A stretch of 64,000 nt of DNA from Macrostomum lignano (lineage: Eukaryota): assembly GCA_002269645.1 (NCBI GenBank), contig NIVC01001533.1, positions 208,877-272,876 on the forward strand. The letters run 5' to 3'. The notes under the pieces were generated by a model. That model was not told the origin of the DNA, did not search any database, and saw only the letters and a list, made by a program, of their open reading frames with translations. Shown here piece after piece: positions 61,878 through 64,000 of this stretch. The translations under genes and the position numbers were made by a program. Numbering within the stretch: the stretch's first letter is position 1; the number at the start of each line of letters is the position of its first letter.

Positions 61878-62330
61878 TTTCCTAATCCCAATCGCTAATC
61901 TGGGAATCCCAATTCCTAATCTGAGAATCGCAATCGCTAATCTGGGAATCCCAATTCCTAATCTGGGAATCGCAATCGCTAATCTGGGAATCCCAATTCC
62001 TAATCTGGGAATCGCAATCGCTAATCTGGGAATCCCAATTCCTAATCTGGGAATCCCAATCCCTAATCTGGGAATCCTGATTCCTAATCTAGGAATCCCA
62101 ATTCCTAATCTGGGAATCCCAATTCCTAATCTGGGAATCCCAATTCCTAATCTAGGAATCCCAATTCCTAATCTGGGAATCCCAATTCCTAATCTGGGAA
62201 TCCCAATTCCTAATCTGGGAATCCCAATTCCTAATCTGGGAATCCCAATTCCTAATCTGGGAATCCCAATTCCTAATCTGGGAATCCCAATCTCTAATCT
62301 GGGAATCCCAATCCCTAATTTGGGAATCTT
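61878..62330. repeat. 21-bp minisatellite (CTAATCTGGGAATCCCAATTC)n just downstream of the NFS1 stop
   Basis: About 21 units. Confidence 0.95.
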
Positions 62331-62894
62331 GGGAATGCCTATCCATAATCAGCTAGGAATCCCTTGGGATTTCCAGCAGTTAAGAACCTCGTACGCATGC
62401 TTCAGGTTTAACAAATAAGAATCCTATTTTATTACAGGTTTTTGATTGACAGTCAATCGTTATTCAGTGTACATGACCATCTATCTGTCAAACTGACTCT
62501 GTGACACCCCAGCTAATTTGTTTTTTTTCGGCTAGCGCTGCAAATTACCGCTGACCGTCTTGATGATAAAAATCGTACATTATATCCAGAAAAGCGTCGG
62601 TTACATTCTTCTAGAATAGAAGGATGATTTGTCGCTTACATTTTTTCTTTTTTTCATGTGCTTTGTGCACTAGCACAGTACATACTACTAAACAAGTCGA
62701 GTAGCGTAGCATTAGAAACATGTTTATATCGCCCGCGTGTTTTTTGTTTGTTCACTGCCGATTAATTAATTAGGCTTGATGCTGCTCACTCAAAGACATA
62801 CATAGTATAGAGCTTGTAACTTCATTATTGTTATGCGCTCCTATTGTTATATATGATTGAGCATCTGACAAGAAACATCAATTAGTCCTCCATC

Positions 62895-63335
62895 CATAAT
62901 CTGGGAATTCCAATTCCTAATCCGGAATCCCAACCCCTAAATCTAGTAATCCCATCCATAATCTGGGAACCCCATCCCTAATCTAGGAATCCTCCCATCC
63001 ATCATCATGCTAAAAAATGTGATGTCTATATACATCCCTAATCTAGAAATCCCATCCCTAATCTAGGAATCCCCATCCCTAATCGGGAATCCCCATTCCT
63101 AATATGGGAATACTATTCCTAATCTAGGAATCCCTTCCCTAATCTGGGAATCCCATCCCTAATCTAGGAATCCCATCCTAATCTGGGAATCCCCATTCCT
63201 AATATGGGAATACTATTCCCTAATCTAGGAATCCCCATCCCTAATCTGGGAATCCCCATCCCTAATTCGGAATCCCATCCTAATCTAGGAATCCCCATCC
63301 CTAATCTGTGGATCCCATCCCTAACCTAAGAATCC
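62895..63335. repeat. Diverged 20-21-bp array (CTAATCTGGGAATCCCCATCC)n related to 61878-62330
   Basis: Shared CTAATCT(G/A)GGAATCCC core. Confidence 0.88.
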
Positions 63336-64000
63336 ACACGTTCGTATGTAACTTAACTTTCAAATGTCATAATGCAAAAAGCTTGAACGCAGGGTGTACG
63401 GTGGCCCTGACTTTGTCATACTGTCATGTTTTTTTCAATTTTAGTACCGATCCATCAGCCATTTGAATGCTAACAAATAAAACAGAATGAGACTATGTTT
63501 GCAACACTTGAAGTTTCGTATTTCACATCTGGTTGCGCGGTTTCAGAAAAAAATCGAATGTTGACCCACTTATAAGAGCTTGTGCTTTACTCCGTAAAAC
63601 CGCTTGATTCACTGACTAAGTTAAGCAAAGTTGGCCTCGGTTAGTACGCAGATGAATAAGCCCAATGTTATATAAGTTTAATTGTTGCCCAATTTGAATG
63701 TCCTCATTCTTAATTAGCCTTAATCCAGTATTTATAGCTTTATTATTTATTCCTATTTTTCTACTAAGAAATTTTTTGTTGCCCGTCAATATTCTGGCTA
63801 GAGAAGGAAATTGCATGCCCGATTTTCAGCTTCCAGTAGCCGAAATCTCCCCAACCCTTTTTAGCTATTAATGCATTCCCTGCGCTTATATAGTAAACTC
63901 TTGCGGAGAGTTCCAGCCGCTGCTCTGAAATATTTCTTGACCCTCCAATTTCCTGTTCTACATTGTAGATGGTCTCAAGCCATTCTGGGCTGTGTGCCTC

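Noticed and set aside
61878-63335. Array of NF-kB sites (GGGAATCCC)
   Set aside because: A motif match inside a minisatellite 3' of the gene, with no supporting evidence

Overview
Eukaryotic (animal) genomic DNA rich in minisatellites; no prokaryotic features. The repeat landscape and the RTE/SINE families suggest a free-living flatworm such as Macrostomum (inference, not proven). Coding content: an intronless class A GPCR (minus strand, 5575-6909); a disrupted aquaporin (16992-18828; MITE in exon 3, 17-bp frameshifting duplication, substitutions at conserved sites); and four co-oriented intact genes on the plus strand: MDH1 (4 exons, 334 aa), ATAD3 (7 exons, 597 aa), a BTB-BACK-Kelch gene (5 exons, 714 aa) and NFS1 (3 exons, 460 aa). 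All exon models were traced by hand with GT-AG boundaries and consistent phases. The four-gene run has short spacers and bare AG acceptors just before the ATAD3 and NFS1 start codons, so it is a candidate SL-trans-spliced operon. Most long introns and two of the three intergenic spacers are filled by their own private minisatellite. Mobile DNA: two RTE-like LINE relics, two tRNA-derived SINE families, several MITE/foldback elements, and a DNA-transposon family with 14-bp TIRs (CATACATGCGCAAC) and 8-bp TSDs, present as a 287-bp copy and a 2.9-kb cargo-carrying copy. Most long ORFs in the supplied track are repeat artefacts.
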